Positions 61,298 to 64,000 of a stretch of 64,000 bases of DNA are shown one piece after another. A program made the position numbers and the translations under genes. Source of the DNA: Terriglobia bacterium (lineage in GTDB: Bacteria > Acidobacteriota > Terriglobia > 20CM-2-55-15). Numbering within the stretch: position 1 is the stretch's first letter; each line of letters opens with the position of its first letter. The notes beneath the pieces were generated by a model. That model was given only the letters and a program-made list of their open reading frames with translations. It ran no database searches and was not told the origin of the DNA. The DNA is taken from assembly GCA_963664115.2 (NCBI GenBank), contig CAXWPJ010000002.1:736001-800000 (forward strand), written 5' to 3'.

Positions 61298-62242
61298 ATG
61301 AAATCGAAGACTGTATTCACGATTATCGGATGTGTTCTGGGGTCGACCCTGATGTTTAGCTCGGTGACTGCGGCACAGGGGCCGCAGGCGGAGACGCCGG
61401 TCACGACTCGGAGCATCCCGGGGGTCGTCGCTGCCGGTGTGAGGGTCGAACATGTCTGGAAAGGATTGCAGGCAGCGGATGGTCTCATCAGCGAACCGGA
61501 CGGAACGCTCCTGCTGCCCGAGCAGCGAGCGGATAGGATCGGCAGGTTCAACGCGGACGGAACAGTCACGCCCTACCTGGAAGACACGAACGAAGCCGGT
61601 GGACTCGCGTTCGACGCGATGGGCCGCCTCATTTCTGTAGAGAGAAGAATGCCCCAGGTGAGGGTCCTGGTTCCCGAACGCAGAGTCCTGGCGGACAGCT
61701 ACGAAGGTGAGCCGCTCGGGCGGCTGAGCGATATCATCGCAGACCAGAAAGGGGGTGTGTATATCACCGAGGGCCGCAACGCCTCGGTCTACTACCTCAA
61801 CGCAGGCGGCAGACTCAACCGCGTCGCCGACGACATCGACGGCGCAAACGGCATCACGCTGAGTCCGGATGAGAGCACCCTCTACGTGACCAATCGAGAG
61901 GCCGGCATCCTGGCCTACGATGTTGCCCCGGACGGGGGTATCGGAAACCGCCGCCCCTTCGTGCAGCCGGAAGGCGGACAGGACGGCCTGGCAGTCGACG
62001 GCACGGGACGGCTCTATGTCGCCGGCCAGGCTGGCGTTCAGGTCTTCAGCCCCCAGGGACAGTTCCTGGGACTCATTCCCATACCCCGGCCTACGACGAC
62101 TCTGGCCTTTGCCGGACCGGACAAGAAGACGCTCTACGTCATCGGCCGCGGCAACGATCTTCCAGGCGGTGACAGCGGCGATGCAAGGTCGATGTACAGG
62201 ATCTCAATGCTTGCGGAGGGTTTCAAAGGCCGCGCCAAGTAA
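61298..62242 (+). CDS. SMP-30/gluconolactonase/LRE family protein
   Basis: NGITLSPD, DGLAVD, AFAGPDKKTLY. Confidence 0.88.
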   Translation: MKSKTVFTIIGCVLGSTLMFSSVTAAQGPQAETPVTTRSIPGVVAAGVRVEHVWKGLQAADGLISEPDGTLLLPEQRADRIGRFNADGTVTPYLEDTNEAGGLAFDAMGRLISVERRMPQVRVLVPERRVLADSYEGEPLGRLSDIIADQKGGVYITEGRNASVYYLNAGGRLNRVADDIDGANGITLSPDESTLYVTNREAGILAYDVAPDGGIGNRRPFVQPEGGQDGLAVDGTGRLYVAGQAGVQVFSPQGQFLGLIPIPRPTTTLAFAGPDKKTLYVIGRGNDLPGGDSGDARSMYRISMLAEGFKGRAK

Positions 62243-62445
62243 CGTAAGTCGTGCACGGTTTGAAACCGAGCGTGGGGCTGGAACAGGTCGATATACCGAA
62301 GAGGCCTCACAATCAGGATGATCGTGAGGCTCGCCGGTCGTTCCGACAGGATGTCCGATTGAACGACCGAGCGAAAAAAGCCCCCCGGCCCGGAGACTGA
62401 AGTTCAAAGTTATGCACTGCGGGCAGGGTCGAAGCCGCGTCCGTT

Positions 62446-63464
62446 CTATTTCGACCGACCCGGGTAGCCTCGGGCCACCATGGGAATCTTGTAGATCGTT
62501 TTGCCGTTGTTCCGGAAACCCTCCACAAGCTCATAATCTCTGCCATTAGGAGCCAGTGCTCCCCTGCCAACCACGTAGAGTGTCATCTTTTCGGGTCCCG
62601 CGAATGCAGCGTTGACGACGCCGCGCGGCGTGGGAATGGTGCCGAGGTATCCACCTTCGGGGCTGAATACGCGAACGCCGTTATTCCCGGTGACATAGAG
62701 ACGGCCTTCGTTGTCGACCGCCATGGCGTTGCCGTTCCCGTCGGGGAGCGTCGCGAATTCCCGCCCGTTGCCGACCGTTCCGTCGGCCTGGATGTCGAAA
62801 GCGTGGACCAGGGAGCCGCTGCCTATATAGAGGGTTGTTTCATCCGGACTCAGCATGATTCCGCTGGCGCGGATCGTGTCGCTGATTCGGATCGTCCGAC
62901 CGCCGGGCTTGATGTAATAAGCCAGGCCGTCGGTGAAATAAACTGTATCGTTCCTGTCGACGACGGCTTCGCTCGGCCGTGTGAGTGGGGTTCCCTCGTA
63001 GTTATCGGCGATGACCCGGCGTTCGTTTTCGGGATAAACGATGCCGATCTTTGTGGGCACGTTGCAGGGCAGATTGCCCCTGCCGGAATCCGTGCAGGTT
63101 TTCTGCGCGGCCACGAGGCGGCCTTTGTAGTCGATCGTGACGGCACCGGCACCTTCCGTGTTCAGGACGAACGCGGAGTCGTAGTCATTGGTGTCCAGTT
63201 TTCGGATAATGCTGGCCTGTTCCTGTGCGAACAGTACGCTCCCGTCCGCCATCCCGACGAGGCCGTCGGCGTTGTCGAGCCCCTGCCACACCTGTTCCCA
63301 TCTCACCCCCCAGCGATTACTCCAGGGATCTCTGTTATCGTCACCCCATGGGCCAGACTCTCCCGCGTCTGCGTCTGCGGCTGCTGGGCCGGGCTGGCCT
63401 GGGCAAGGGCAACAATCGACCCGCAAATGCACCCCATCATCACGATCAATGTTTTCGATTTCAT
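62446..63464 (-). pseudogene. SMP-30/gluconolactonase family protein, frameshifted at a G6 run
   Basis: MKSKTLIV signal peptide frame stops at GGG GGG TGA (63306-63311); one more G gives AGGVRWEQVW as in paralogs. Confidence 0.75.
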
Positions 63465-63794
63465 GAACGTCCTCTTGCGTTACTCGGCGACTTAAACCTG
63501 GAAACATCCGTCTTCGTCCGAAACGTCCGTCCCCGGTTAAGCGCACACTCCTTACGGATGCCGCCATGCCTCAAACCGCATGAATCGACCCATCATGATT
63601 GTTCCTCGAGACTGCACCGTCAAGAGATTTTTCCGGATCGAGGGGGCACCCAAGTCCGTTATCGCGGATCTGATCTTCTGCTTGCGCCCAAACCCGGCCC
63701 CTTGTAACTTCGAGCTCTTTCTGCTTCACTTCCCAGGACACCCTAACGATTTTTAAATCAGGACACTACTTTCCTAACATTCACGGAGGGCGAG

Positions 63795-64000
63795 ATGTCA
63801 CGCTTTGCCTGCTTGCTTCTGTTCTGTGTCGTCGCCTGTTCGCCTGGCGGGGAGGCACCCCCAGCGTCGGTTGACGCGATGTGGTTCGAAGGCGCCCGAT
63901 TGATCGTGGGGGATGGAAGCGTGCCGGTCGAGAACTCCGCCTTCCTTGTCGAGGGCGACACCTTTACCTGGGTGGGGCGACAGGGTGAGGCCGAGCCGCC
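63795..64000 (+). CDS. Amidohydrolase family lipoprotein (partial)
   Basis: MSRFACLLLFCVVAC lipobox, FEGARLIVGDG, FLVEGDTFTWVG. Confidence 0.65.
   Translation, partial: MSRFACLLLFCVVACSPGGEAPPASVDAMWFEGARLIVGDGSVPVENSAFLVEGDTFTWVGRQGEAEP

Noticed and set aside
62374-62399. Possible terminator for the minus-strand SMP-30 gene
   Set aside because: A T-tract is present but the stem relies on several GU pairs; too weak to call

Overview
Bacterial DNA, probably Acidobacteriota-like (inferred from the gene families present). The flanks (1-6.4 kb and 41.4-64 kb) hold metabolic and transport genes. The left flank has an SSS transporter, a cytochrome c plus PQQ dehydrogenase, RidA and an M20 peptidase. 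The right flank has a TAXI-TRAP system, an amidase, a decarboxylase, ligJ, an OsmC-like selenoprotein, a Tes/MJ0619-like radical SAM cluster, a TonB-dependent receptor and three SMP-30 lactonases. The central 33 kb (8.3-41.4 kb) is the striking part: a head-to-tail array of hollowed-out Ser/Thr kinase genes. Only their first codons ([12 protein letters not shown]...) and last codons (...INIVLNWFEELKERVPVP*) survive. Units are joined by a conserved junction carrying a 14-6-14 imperfect palindrome (13 same-orientation copies, some partial) and a sigma70-like promoter. The interiors are replaced by unrelated cargo: hydrolases, MBL-fold proteins, PrpD, FG-GAP, Fic, a HEPN-like ORF, a deiodinase-like selenoprotein, an integron cassette and an ssb fragment. 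One unit is empty, with N- and C-terminus fused in frame. An IS1111-type IS110 element sits exactly in the spacer of one palindrome, and its non-coding end contains bridge-RNA-like loops matching that site and its own circle junction. No integrase, CRISPR, rRNA or tRNA was seen. All calls are by eye and no database searches were run.
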